This document shows positions 26,901-36,100 of a stretch of DNA of 64,000 nucleotides, piece after piece. Origin of the DNA: a virus; the IMG/VR virus record IMGVR_UViG_3300012017_000779, positions 18,179-82,178 of that record; one strand, given 5' to 3'. Both the position numbers and the translations under genes were made by a program. The stretch's first letter is position 1. The number at the start of each line of letters is the position of its first letter. The notes beneath the pieces are model-generated. The model saw nothing but the letters and a program-made list of their open reading frames with translations, was not told the DNA's origin and did not search any database.

Positions 26901-27909
26901 ATACTATACCAGGAGCAGTAGGATTAAAAGGATATGTAACTTGACCATTTTGTTGTATTTCTGTATCAACATCTTCTACTTCTTCTCCATCTTGAGCTTT
27001 ATAAAGTCCACCATAAGCCATTTGTCCACCATACTTTTCTTCATCATCATCTTCCTCTTCTTCTTCATCTTCATCTTCATTTAATAACATATCAGATACA
27101 AAACTATTATTTTGAGTATCTTCAGCAGCATCTACTTCTTCTTGTGATTCATAAGGCTCTTCTTCAACAACTTCTTCTTCAACAACTTCTTTTTCATCTT
27201 CATCTTCATCAAAATCATATTCATAATCAGAACCATTTTGTTCAGTTAAATAATTTTTTACTTGACTTACTAAATTTATAGCTTCCATTGGATCTACATC
27301 ATAAAAGTTTGCTAATTTAAAAGCAATCTGTTGTTCATCAATATCATTATTTAAGTCATTAGAAATTATATTAACTAATTCATCTTGTGATAAATCTTTT
27401 TTTTCTTCTGAATTAGAACCAGGATAACCCATTTCACTAACATCAGGTACTCCACCTAATTGATATTTAGGAAAAGTACCATTTTTAATACGTTGTAAAG
27501 CATTATACTGACTTTGTGTTGCTAAATTATTATTTTTTATTACAGCTTCTATTATTTTTTCATGATACTTTCTAGTTGATGGACTTATATTAGATATATT
27601 TAATACATCTTGAAAAAATGCTGGATTTTTTATTTGAATTTTTGATGATGCTGTAGTTGCTTTTTTAATTCCTTCACCATATTTAATAGCTCCTGCAGCT
27701 CTAGCTGCATTATTAGATTTGTCTATAGCTTTTGCTAGTTCAGTTGCCTTTTGTATTTTATCAGATTCATCAAAATTCATAATAAGTTGTTTTCCATATT
27801 TTAAAACATCTTTTACAATTCTTCCTTTTTGAGCTTTTTCTAAAAACTGACCTGTCTTATTAAGATACTTACCATTTCCATCAGGTGATTTATAAATTCT
27901 AACTTTCAT
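23941..27909 (-). CDS. Acidic, low-complexity internal protein (1322 aa) punctuated by xxxxGG motifs
   Basis: ORF track; Glu/Asp tracts, many GG motifs and an internally duplicated module. Confidence 0.65.
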   Translation of the reverse strand: MKVRIYKSPDGNGKYLNKTGQFLEKAQKGRIVKDVLKYGKQLIMNFDESDKIQKATELAKAIDKSNNAARAAGAIKYGEGIKKATTASSKIQIKNPAFFQDVLNISNISPSTRKYHEKIIEAVIKNNNLATQSQYNALQRIKNGTFPKYQLGGVPDVSEMGYPGSNSEEKKDLSQDELVNIISNDLNNDIDEQQIAFKLANFYDVDPMEAINLVSQVKNYLTEQNGSDYEYDFDEDEDEKEVVEEEVVEEEPYESQEEVDAAEDTQNNSFVSDMLLNEDEDEEEEEDDDEEKYGGQMAYGGLYKAQDGEEVEDVDTEIQQNGQVTYPFNPTAPGIVFPEIETYLPYNMADMLNGTVDPATGMYYNHYASKDINQNSEYENEDNSEEEEEESDVSSEYALDAPPEMKMGGNYKRNKRVYVNSILKLAKKAEGGEEKKSDEDPEAGDPTGKKIRKQKLNNFISSLKKETEMFNLKQQAEQEYDQMMQQQMQPQNDMMRRGGSAGSRDPKVVRGNELKYRANQLKDFITGQNRRDREDNIDYFNVNDYPTTTFEEGDYNKDGYVDATDYAVKGQFNERNNTCFEDENGQTNCFPRRNENSNNEMHSYDHPSYSVDVRKSNWLTGKPSKYRIDFYGYSPLVDIANGNNPDVVSQKPVVKSSQSTVSSTVATIINKSQSTDLPKQGTLLPHGFFTTDANSDKIPDYLQPGKFSTLPTGTSKEVITQATVNPNATVANTPIISSVYKPEVKRNSSPTLIEIKKNKVIIPENQIPKFTTTNKKKTTTKKTKKKSDYYYRDPSFMERLGRFFDPNLENGGFVDSENPDLYEFNQGGYDPTQQDMDYSNSIDTTDPYFQRGGGVRKFIENYFPGNILSPQRTYRNEIQRVYDPRTGKTIVMPINMGNLSSINVDKTRFWSGRPKKYTMYFNGQSGQPITTSKGTDASQRGRDRYCLDFPNSPNCQGAKKPVRDNYPEDTRENNKNQRSGRQGYGFINNLKLRMQGLDEYGNPIGGKPIKKYDPYADFPLDHPYRNTGRLDIKSNQDTMNQLRNTQSKELQGIPFSSDQLINTSGPRNTEMQYGGNLDMFLPRAEDGFQTSMSPGECPMGSTKNAAGDCVDFMGKVVKKRSTGSDFGNNIQDIKQPGVIDKDYRNPLTGEKPGVIKDKSGNLQINEDKPSFNDMYAVDVENKKDLAFGANADTSKNEARLQTFNAGVDVIDGIRKNIESRKKENEMYENLSSNNLYASDPSRDKGDYDTNSGLYRPDEQGQMWNSRSAQYGGYIDEEEYYDPYTEEDEEDELTYAEGGEKITYMSEDQIRAFMAEGGQVEFL

Positions 27910-27926
27910 AACTACATATTATATAT

Positions 27927-27958
27927 TTAATATACTAAATTTTAATTTATTCAATAAA
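27927..27958 (-). promoter_or_regulatory. Putative promoter TTTA-N20-TATATTAA upstream of 27909
   Basis: Shares tatatatttaatatactaaa exactly with the 40997 site; the palindrome TAAACTTA-A-TAAGTTTA (27955-27971) overlaps it. Confidence 0.7.
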
Positions 27959-27968
27959 CTTAATAAGT

Positions 27969-30900
27969 TTAATTAATACCTTTTGCTTTCATATAATTTA
28001 AAATACGTTTGTATTGATTATAAGTAATATCAGGTTTTGTTTCAAGACCTTTTTCATTAGCATGTTTTTTTATATAGGCATTTCTAATTTGCTCATGTGT
28101 AATAATACTTTTTAAATTTAAATTATATTTTTTTGCAATTGGAGCATAATACTCTACAAATGAAATAACTTGTTGATCAGTTAATGGTTTTTTTTGTGTA
28201 TCTCCTTGAAATTCTACACCAATACTAAAATCATTAACATCTTCTCTTCCATTCCATTTTGATTTTCCTGCATGAAAAGAAACTTGTTCAGGAGATGCAT
28301 ATATAGTTCTAGAACCATCTTCTTCAATAACTACGTGAGAAGAATTTTGTCCAGGTGTCATAAATTGTTTTTTTACTTCAGCATTATTAGTAATAGGATC
28401 ATTATAAGCAGTATGATGTAATACAAAGTTTTTAATTTCATTTTTTAATTTATGACCAGCTTTATAACTGTCATCTTTTTTTGTTCTTACATTAGGCATA
28501 TCATATACATACGTTTCTTTAAATTTGTTAACAGGAACATTATATTTTTTTATATATAAACCATTACCTCCAGAAGTATTTTCAGCATCATAATTAACCA
28601 ACCTTTGTTTAGTTAACTTACCATCTTTATAAGAAAGACCTCTTGCATATGTTCCATTATCAAGACTCCATGCTTCAAGATATTTACTGTTTCCTTTTAA
28701 TCTTTTAAATTCTTTTTTAATATGAGAAACACTTCCTGATACCAATGTTTGTTCTTTTGTTGTAGGATTAACAAAAACAACTCTACCTCCTAAAATAGAA
28801 CCATAATAATCTTCTTCTGCTTTACCTTTTTTTGTTAAAATATTTAAAGCACCTTTTTTAAGTTTATTATTTTCTAATATTGTTATTTGAGGTTGCCAAA
28901 ATTTTGGATTTCCAGATCTTGCTCCATCTAAAGATATGTCATCAATAGAAACAATTTTATTCATAAATGTTTTAGAAAATTTCCAATCTTTATTATTTTT
29001 TAAATTTTTATAAATACCAGTATGTAATACTCCTTTGTTATCTAAAGCAAATACACTATTATCATCATTTATACCATTTACATTTGTTTTTTTATTATAA
29101 GGTTTTATATTAGCTGCCTTACTAAATGGATGAAATGTTGTAAATTCTAATCCATCAGATTCTATATCTTGATATTGACCTCTATTTCTACTACCTAAAA
29201 CTAAGTTAGATGTTGGAACAGTTTGTTGTTTAAACTGTCTATTTGGTTGATCATTTACATTTAATATAGTTTGTGATAAAGTTGGATTTTTATAATAATC
29301 TTTTACATTTATAGGTTCAGGTGATTCTATAACTTTTTTATCTTTAGTTTCTACTATACCCCAAGTTTGAAGTTTACGGTCTAAACCATTATTAAAAAGT
29401 TTTTTTTGATTATCCAACCAGTTATCAAAACTTTTTATTTCTTTATAAGTTGATTCAAAAAATGAATCTTCTGGTTTAACAATTTTATTTTTTATATTAG
29501 AATTATTATTTTTAGTTATTTGTAAACTATTTTTAATAGGTTCAACTTTACTTATATTTTTTTCTTTTAAAATATTTTCTTTTGCAATGTTTTGCAATTT
29601 ATTTTTTAAATCTAATTCAAAATTAGATTTAGTTTCAATAGTAGGTATTTTTCTAATAGTTTTTTTTATAGGTTCAGTTGTTTGTTTATATTTTTTTATA
29701 TTTTTATCATCAACTTTTTCATAAGCTATATCATCAATATCTTCCATACCAAAAAATCTTTTAAATCTTTCTGTATATGTAGGATCTCTTGTATAATCAT
29801 AAGATTTACCTTTTTTATTAAAACCACCATTTTGATAATTATCTATTTCCTCTACTATATAACCACCTTCTTTATATCTTTGTACTTCTTCTGGTGTTAG
29901 ATCTAATTCTACATAATCATTATTTTCTCCACCTTGTTTATATTGCCCTCTAAAACCTGTATTATAATCTTTTTTTAATTTTTCTAAATAGTTTTTATAT
30001 TCTATTTGTTTGTTTCTATCTAAATTTTTATAATCCATAAATGGATAAGTTTCATCAACATCAAACATTTTTTGACCTTTTTTTCCTACTACAGTATTTC
30101 TATCTAATAATATTGGTAAATCATAAGAATTATTAGGCATAAATTGAGAATTCCAATAACCATTATTAACTGCTAATTTATTCAATTTTCTACTTTTTAA
30201 ATTATGATATTTATTAAACCAATCTTGATAATTACCTGTACTATAATCTCTTGGTGAATGCAATTTAAACATATACTTTCCATAACCAGATGGTACGTCT
30301 GAAGTATATAAAGCATCTGCATAACTCATATCTGGCATACCTGATCTATAACCATATTGTTGCATAGGTACATGAGTAGCTTGATATTTAGCAATTGAAA
30401 TAGGATCATCAAAATTTACTCCTGCATTTTTCATATTTTCAAATTCAGATATTTTATTATTCCATGAAGGTTTTGACATATCATAAGGTCTATTAGTATA
30501 GTCCATAACTCCTTTACCATCTCTAGGTACTGAACCATCAACACCTCTAAATTTAGTTGCTTCTCTATTTAAAGCTAGTTTAGTTAACTTATTTGTTCTA
30601 TCTGTACTTCTAGCTGCATAATTTAAATCTTGAAAATCTTTACCTATAAGCTCTTCTTTTTGTAAGTTTTTAATAAATTGTCTTCTTGGTAAAAAACCAG
30701 AAATTTCTTTTAAATTTTTAGAAGAAAAATCATATTTAGAAAGGTCTATTTTAGGAGAACCTGATAATTGTTTAGGAACTCCTTTAAATCCTTTTATTAA
30801 ATTTTTAGATGCATTATAAGCAGGTTTAAAAACTTGTTTACCTAAACCTAATCCTAAAAAACCTAGTGCATTAACTCCTGTTTCAAAAGAAGCATCTCCT

Positions 30901-33152
30901 AAAGTATTCCATGAAGGATTATTAATAAAATTACTTTGAGATTTTACAACATCACTTTTTGAATCTCCTTGATTATAAAGAGCATCAGCTCCAAAATATG
31001 CTGCTACAGAATTACCAAGATTTAATTTACCTCCTGTTGCATCTGTAATTTTTTTACCTAATGGTAAAGGTGCTTTTACAGATGTTTTTGTTGCAGTCCA
31101 TAAAGGTTTTAACCATTTTCCTGCTTGTAAAACCATTTTTGGTGCACCTCCTATTCCTGTCATTGGAGAATCTTCAAAAGGAGATCTACCTTTAGGTTGT
31201 GGTTTATAATTACTTTCTGGAGCATCTGTAAATAGTCTATTTAAAATATTAGAATGTTCCCAGTCATCTTGTCTTTTATTAAATTGACCTACTGTTTCTT
31301 TAATACCTTCATTATTAGCAAGACCTTTCTTTATTTTACTATCTTCTTTTTCTTTTTGAATTGCTTTTTCTTTTTCTTCTGAACTTTTTTTAACAAAAGC
31401 TTGTATATTATTTTTATATTTAGGATCAAAAGACCAGTCTAAAGGTTTTTGATAAATATTATTTACTCTTGTATTATCAGAAGAATTAGATGAAACTTTA
31501 GACATACTATCATCAACAGGTTTAGCCATCTTATCTAAAACTGCTGTCCTAGCTTTAACATCTCCTTTATTTAAAGGTTGATATTTACCAGACCTATTCC
31601 AATCTACTTGCCACTTACCATTAACTTTTTTGTAATTACCCTTACTTCCTTTTACAGTGTATATACCACCATCTTGGTAATTATCTATTTCTTCTACTAC
31701 ATAACCACCTCTTCTATATTCTTCTATCTCATCTTCATCAAGATCAGCTTCTATAAATCCTGGAGAAACATCTTTATAATTTTCTGCAAAATAATTAGCA
31801 TCTTCATTTGAATCAAATCTTATAGCTTCATTAGATTCCGGACCATAGTCTCCAAGTTGTAGTACACCATTCTCATCTTGTATTTGTGGTACTGCATAAT
31901 TATCCATGCTTGCCATGTAATGAGAACCAGTATCTCCATTATCAAATTGATAAGGATTGTCTGGTAGGTTAATCATTCTTTCAGCAGCAGGGTTACCAAA
32001 CTCATTAGCATATGCTAGTCTAGCTTTCATCATACCAGTCATTGCATCTTTGTTACCACCATCTTGTTTTTTAGGAAACATAGATTTACCATCTTTTTCA
32101 AATTGTTCTTCACGGACTCTTGCTTCTCCTTCTTCTGTAGTTGGATCTTGATACATTAAAGCATTTGCACCTGGAAAACCTTCTGTAAATTCTTGTAATT
32201 TATTTCTTGGTATAAATTGTAAATTAGGATCAGCTTTGATCATTGCATCTGTTTGTGCTTCTAATTCAGTATTTCTTCTGTCATAGTAATTACTTATTGC
32301 TTGATCTGATGCTACAGTATTATTAGGTCTTTGACCTAAAAAACCAGCAGTACTTGCACCACCTCCTAAGTTTTGCAAATGGTGATACTTTTCATGTTCT
32401 GTCCACCAACCATTATTTTCTATTGATCCAGGTCTTGTATCTTGACTTATTTCACCTGTTGCTGCATTATATCCTGTATTCTCATCAGTTTCAATTACTT
32501 CTGGTTCTTGCCATTCTACACATTGACCATTATAAATAATATATCCTTCTGGACATTTTGATTCTCCACCATCTTGTGCATGTACTAATCCTTGACCACC
32601 ACACTCATGACATGTAGTAATATCTTTACCACCATCTTCAGCATCCCATTTCCAGCCACATTTTTTACATGTTACTTTTTTAGTAAGTAAAGCACCACCT
32701 TCTGCATAATACTTTGAGTTAGGATCAAATACTTTATTCTTTCTAGACTTAGGTTTTGCAAATAAAAAATTTTGTGTAAATAATTTATTAGTTGCACTAA
32801 GACTTCTTGAGTAACCTTTAGAATTTTTTTTATTAGGCATTTTTAAAACAGAACCACCTTTACGCATAAAATCTTCAGGTTGTTCTAACTCAGGTTGCAT
32901 TCTATAGTTAGTAGTAATTTCTTCTCCGGGTTTTAAATTTTTAGAAGCATAGATAAATCTTTTATTATCTATTTTTTTACTATAAGCTGTAGGATTTTTT
33001 TCATTATGATTATGATTTCTTCCAATTTCAGATGCGGGTTGATCATCAACATGAGCTAATCCAATTACCTCACCTTTTTTAAAAGGTGCTTTAGTAAATA
33101 AACCTTTACCAGCTCCTTTTATACTAGATTGTTTTGTTATATATTTTTTCAT
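27969..33152 (-). CDS. Modular polyprotein (1727 aa): SET domain, Zn ribbon, HExxH zincin, unknown modules, C-terminal N-acetylmuramoyl-L-alanine amidase (Amidase_2)
   Basis: SET: GAGKGLFT...NHNEKNPT...GEEITTNY. Zn ribbon: CKKC..CHEC. Zincin: HEKYH (32382-32396)...EGEAR. Amidase: VLHHTA...SSHVVI...FHAG...SIGVEF...ITHEQI...KPD. Confidence 0.85.
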   Translation of the reverse strand: MKKYITKQSSIKGAGKGLFTKAPFKKGEVIGLAHVDDQPASEIGRNHNHNEKNPTAYSKKIDNKRFIYASKNLKPGEEITTNYRMQPELEQPEDFMRKGGSVLKMPNKKNSKGYSRSLSATNKLFTQNFLFAKPKSRKNKVFDPNSKYYAEGGALLTKKVTCKKCGWKWDAEDGGKDITTCHECGGQGLVHAQDGGESKCPEGYIIYNGQCVEWQEPEVIETDENTGYNAATGEISQDTRPGSIENNGWWTEHEKYHHLQNLGGGASTAGFLGQRPNNTVASDQAISNYYDRRNTELEAQTDAMIKADPNLQFIPRNKLQEFTEGFPGANALMYQDPTTEEGEARVREEQFEKDGKSMFPKKQDGGNKDAMTGMMKARLAYANEFGNPAAERMINLPDNPYQFDNGDTGSHYMASMDNYAVPQIQDENGVLQLGDYGPESNEAIRFDSNEDANYFAENYKDVSPGFIEADLDEDEIEEYRRGGYVVEEIDNYQDGGIYTVKGSKGNYKKVNGKWQVDWNRSGKYQPLNKGDVKARTAVLDKMAKPVDDSMSKVSSNSSDNTRVNNIYQKPLDWSFDPKYKNNIQAFVKKSSEEKEKAIQKEKEDSKIKKGLANNEGIKETVGQFNKRQDDWEHSNILNRLFTDAPESNYKPQPKGRSPFEDSPMTGIGGAPKMVLQAGKWLKPLWTATKTSVKAPLPLGKKITDATGGKLNLGNSVAAYFGADALYNQGDSKSDVVKSQSNFINNPSWNTLGDASFETGVNALGFLGLGLGKQVFKPAYNASKNLIKGFKGVPKQLSGSPKIDLSKYDFSSKNLKEISGFLPRRQFIKNLQKEELIGKDFQDLNYAARSTDRTNKLTKLALNREATKFRGVDGSVPRDGKGVMDYTNRPYDMSKPSWNNKISEFENMKNAGVNFDDPISIAKYQATHVPMQQYGYRSGMPDMSYADALYTSDVPSGYGKYMFKLHSPRDYSTGNYQDWFNKYHNLKSRKLNKLAVNNGYWNSQFMPNNSYDLPILLDRNTVVGKKGQKMFDVDETYPFMDYKNLDRNKQIEYKNYLEKLKKDYNTGFRGQYKQGGENNDYVELDLTPEEVQRYKEGGYIVEEIDNYQNGGFNKKGKSYDYTRDPTYTERFKRFFGMEDIDDIAYEKVDDKNIKKYKQTTEPIKKTIRKIPTIETKSNFELDLKNKLQNIAKENILKEKNISKVEPIKNSLQITKNNNSNIKNKIVKPEDSFFESTYKEIKSFDNWLDNQKKLFNNGLDRKLQTWGIVETKDKKVIESPEPINVKDYYKNPTLSQTILNVNDQPNRQFKQQTVPTSNLVLGSRNRGQYQDIESDGLEFTTFHPFSKAANIKPYNKKTNVNGINDDNSVFALDNKGVLHTGIYKNLKNNKDWKFSKTFMNKIVSIDDISLDGARSGNPKFWQPQITILENNKLKKGALNILTKKGKAEEDYYGSILGGRVVFVNPTTKEQTLVSGSVSHIKKEFKRLKGNSKYLEAWSLDNGTYARGLSYKDGKLTKQRLVNYDAENTSGGNGLYIKKYNVPVNKFKETYVYDMPNVRTKKDDSYKAGHKLKNEIKNFVLHHTAYNDPITNNAEVKKQFMTPGQNSSHVVIEEDGSRTIYASPEQVSFHAGKSKWNGREDVNDFSIGVEFQGDTQKKPLTDQQVISFVEYYAPIAKKYNLNLKSIITHEQIRNAYIKKHANEKGLETKPDITYNQYKRILNYMKAKGIN
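29823..31710. repeat. 46-bp direct repeats (29823-29868 and 31665-31710) encoding the linker GGY(V/I)VEEIDNYQ(D/N)GG
   Basis: 42/46 nt identical, 1842 bp apart and in frame. Confidence 0.85.
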
Positions 33153-36100
33153 TATCTTGGGGATACTTGGATTTTAGCATCAAATACTTTAATTATCATA
33201 TTAACATCATTTACAACTCCAACAGGTGCTGCATTTTTTGTTAAATTTAAAAAATTTAAATAACTTCTAAACTTTTTTCTTTGTAATGGTGGTTTAGCAT
33301 AATTTAAATTTGTAGGAGTTAATATTTTTTTATAACCACTAGCATCTGTTATCCATATATTTCTTTCAATATAATTTCCAGACAATACAGTTGTACCAGG
33401 AACTAATGGTCCTAATGGTGGATAACCTGAACCTACAGGAAATTCACCACGGTCTGCAGTAATATCCCAAAATTGATTAAATTTATATTTACTTTCTTCT
33501 TTAGAAAACAATATGTCATAAGAAGCAAAATTTGTTGTGTTTAATTTAGGATATGTTAAACTTAAAGTTACATTATTTTTAGGAAATATATTTAAGTTTA
33601 AGTATCCAGAAACTTGTTCATTATTAAATACAACTACTTTATCAAAGTTATAATCTAAAATTTTAAATTGGTCAACACAATTAATACTAGATCTTTTATA
33701 ACATTCTAATATATATTCAAATGATCTTATAGTAGTTACTGTTTGTCCAGTAATGTGAGGAAATTCAATTTCAAAAGGATATGGTGTATCATAAAAATTA
33801 CAAAAGTTGTTACATATAAAATTATGTTTCCATATTGTATTTTGCTTACCTAAGTCTCCGGTTGTTAAAAAATTATTTTTAGTTCCCATAGTTAAACTAG
33901 GATGCCAATCATGAAATGAAACCCAAACTTGTGTCTTAGGATCATAACTTACTGTCCAAGAAGCATCTTCAAATAAGAAAGGATCTCCTAATAAATATCT
34001 ACCTTGTCCATTTAATGTAAAATAATCTCCTTTACCATTATCTTTACCATATGTTATTAAAGGTATATAAGCAACTGTACCAGGTGCTCTTGGAATTGGA
34101 TCAGTAACTTCTCTTAATCTATAATCTTTTTTAGAAAAATATAACATTGAGTTTTCACTATCATACATTGATTGACAACCTATACCTGCTACTGGATTAT
34201 CCTGATATGGATAATCAGGAAAATCTTCAGTAAGTTTATATGGTAAAAATAAATTAAACCACCACTTTAATCCTGCAGATGATATTTCTTGTAGTCCTTG
34301 ACCATAAGTAAAAACCTTACCTTGATTTTGTGCTATATAAAATATACCAATAGGAGTAGATATAACAGATAATCTATTTTGTGATGAACCATATTCATAT
34401 GATTTATCAGCATTTGTAACAGATTGTCCAGGTTGTGAAAATAATCCACCATCTCCAATAGTTAATTTAGTTCCTAAATCAGTTTGTAACTGATCAGTAC
34501 CTTGAAACATTAAAGGACTATCATTTTTAAATGTAATTAATATACCACTTTTATTTACACTTTTTACACCACTTACTTGTGATTTAAATTCTTTATAATT
34601 ATTTGCTAAATATATAAACCAACTATCTTTAAATGATTCATCTTGTTGTTGTAAAGAATAATATATTCTATCAGGATAATAAGTATAACAAAGTTGTGAA
34701 ACCTTTGGATTATAATATCTACTTTGTAAAGTACCTTGAGAAAAATATTGAGTAAAAGCTTTAGATATACTTAAAGAATAATCATATCTATATTCATTAC
34801 CTCTAGTTATAATTGCTGGATCAATATTAAACATACGTACAGTATCCGTATATCTATATGGATCATAATGTTTTTCTCCTTCTAGTATTCCTTGTTGTCT
34901 AAAGTCTACTAATACATCTGACTCAACAAAAAAATCTTTAACACTAGAATTAAATATATAAAAGTTAGCATCAGGAACACTAATGTCTCGAGTAGAACCA
35001 TAATTTCCTTCATCATCTACTATATAATTATAACCTCTCCAATCAAGTTGATAATAATCTCTTGGCCAAGGACCTGTTCCTGGAGGGTTTGAATTAAATA
35101 AATTTCGTAAATCAGTTAAATTACTTACTAAAACTGATGGGTCATATTCAATACTATTTATAAAAAATCTTGCATTAGGAATCATATTATACAATGTATA
35201 ATTAAATTCATAACCATCAGGTTGTTGCCACAACCAATCATAAAAATAAAAAAATGTATTTTTTTCAGTATATCTATTTATAAAAGTATCTCCACCAAAA
35301 AATATAGGAGTTTGACCTAGTCTAAACCAAGATAAATTACTATTTCCTGTTGTAGGATTAAATATTGTAGGACAATCACGACCAGCATTTACAGTAACAA
35401 AATTATTTTCTGGTGTTGGATTAGCTGCTGTTGGTTGTACATTAAAAGTCATTTTTTGTTCACATGGAGTAATAGGTATTTGTTTGATACCTTCTAATTG
35501 TCCATATTGATTTCTAATTCTTACTTTAATACCTGCATAGTGACTTGCTATTGTTCTATTAAAAGGAGTATCTATATTACTAAAAGAAGGTAATCCAGAA
35601 GAAGAAGTTGATTGTAGTAATGTACCTAATGTAACTAATGAATTATCAGCACCAGTTAAAGCCGTTGGAAGTGATGGAAGTGGAGGAATAGGACTAATAT
35701 TTATAAAATCAGGACCATCTGTAACAGCTCTTCCTGTTTCAGTTCTTAAAACAACTGTATCAGATCTTTTTAAATTATTAATACTATATGATTTATAAAC
35801 ACCACTACTATTTTGATATAAAGGTACATCTTGTATATTATCTCTAATATAAAAAGCATCTTCTATACTATATCTAAAAATATTTGCAGAAGGTTCCGGA
35901 ATAAAATTACCATAAAAACCATAAGATATGCCTTGTAATGCATATTGTTTATATCTTATAACTGCTAATAATAATTTTTTAGCAGCGTCTGCTCCTCTAG
36001 AAAAATAATATGTAAGTTTTCCAACTGCATTAAAAGCTCCACTTAAAAGTTTACCAAGTGATTGTCTATCTCCTAATTCATTTTCATATTCAATTGATAC

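Noticed and set aside
30050-30560. Possible ADP-ribosyltransferase-like module (FRGV...ALYTS...YG) in the 1727-aa protein
   Set aside because: Only short, generic motif similarity and no identifiable catalytic Glu; a profile or structure search is needed.
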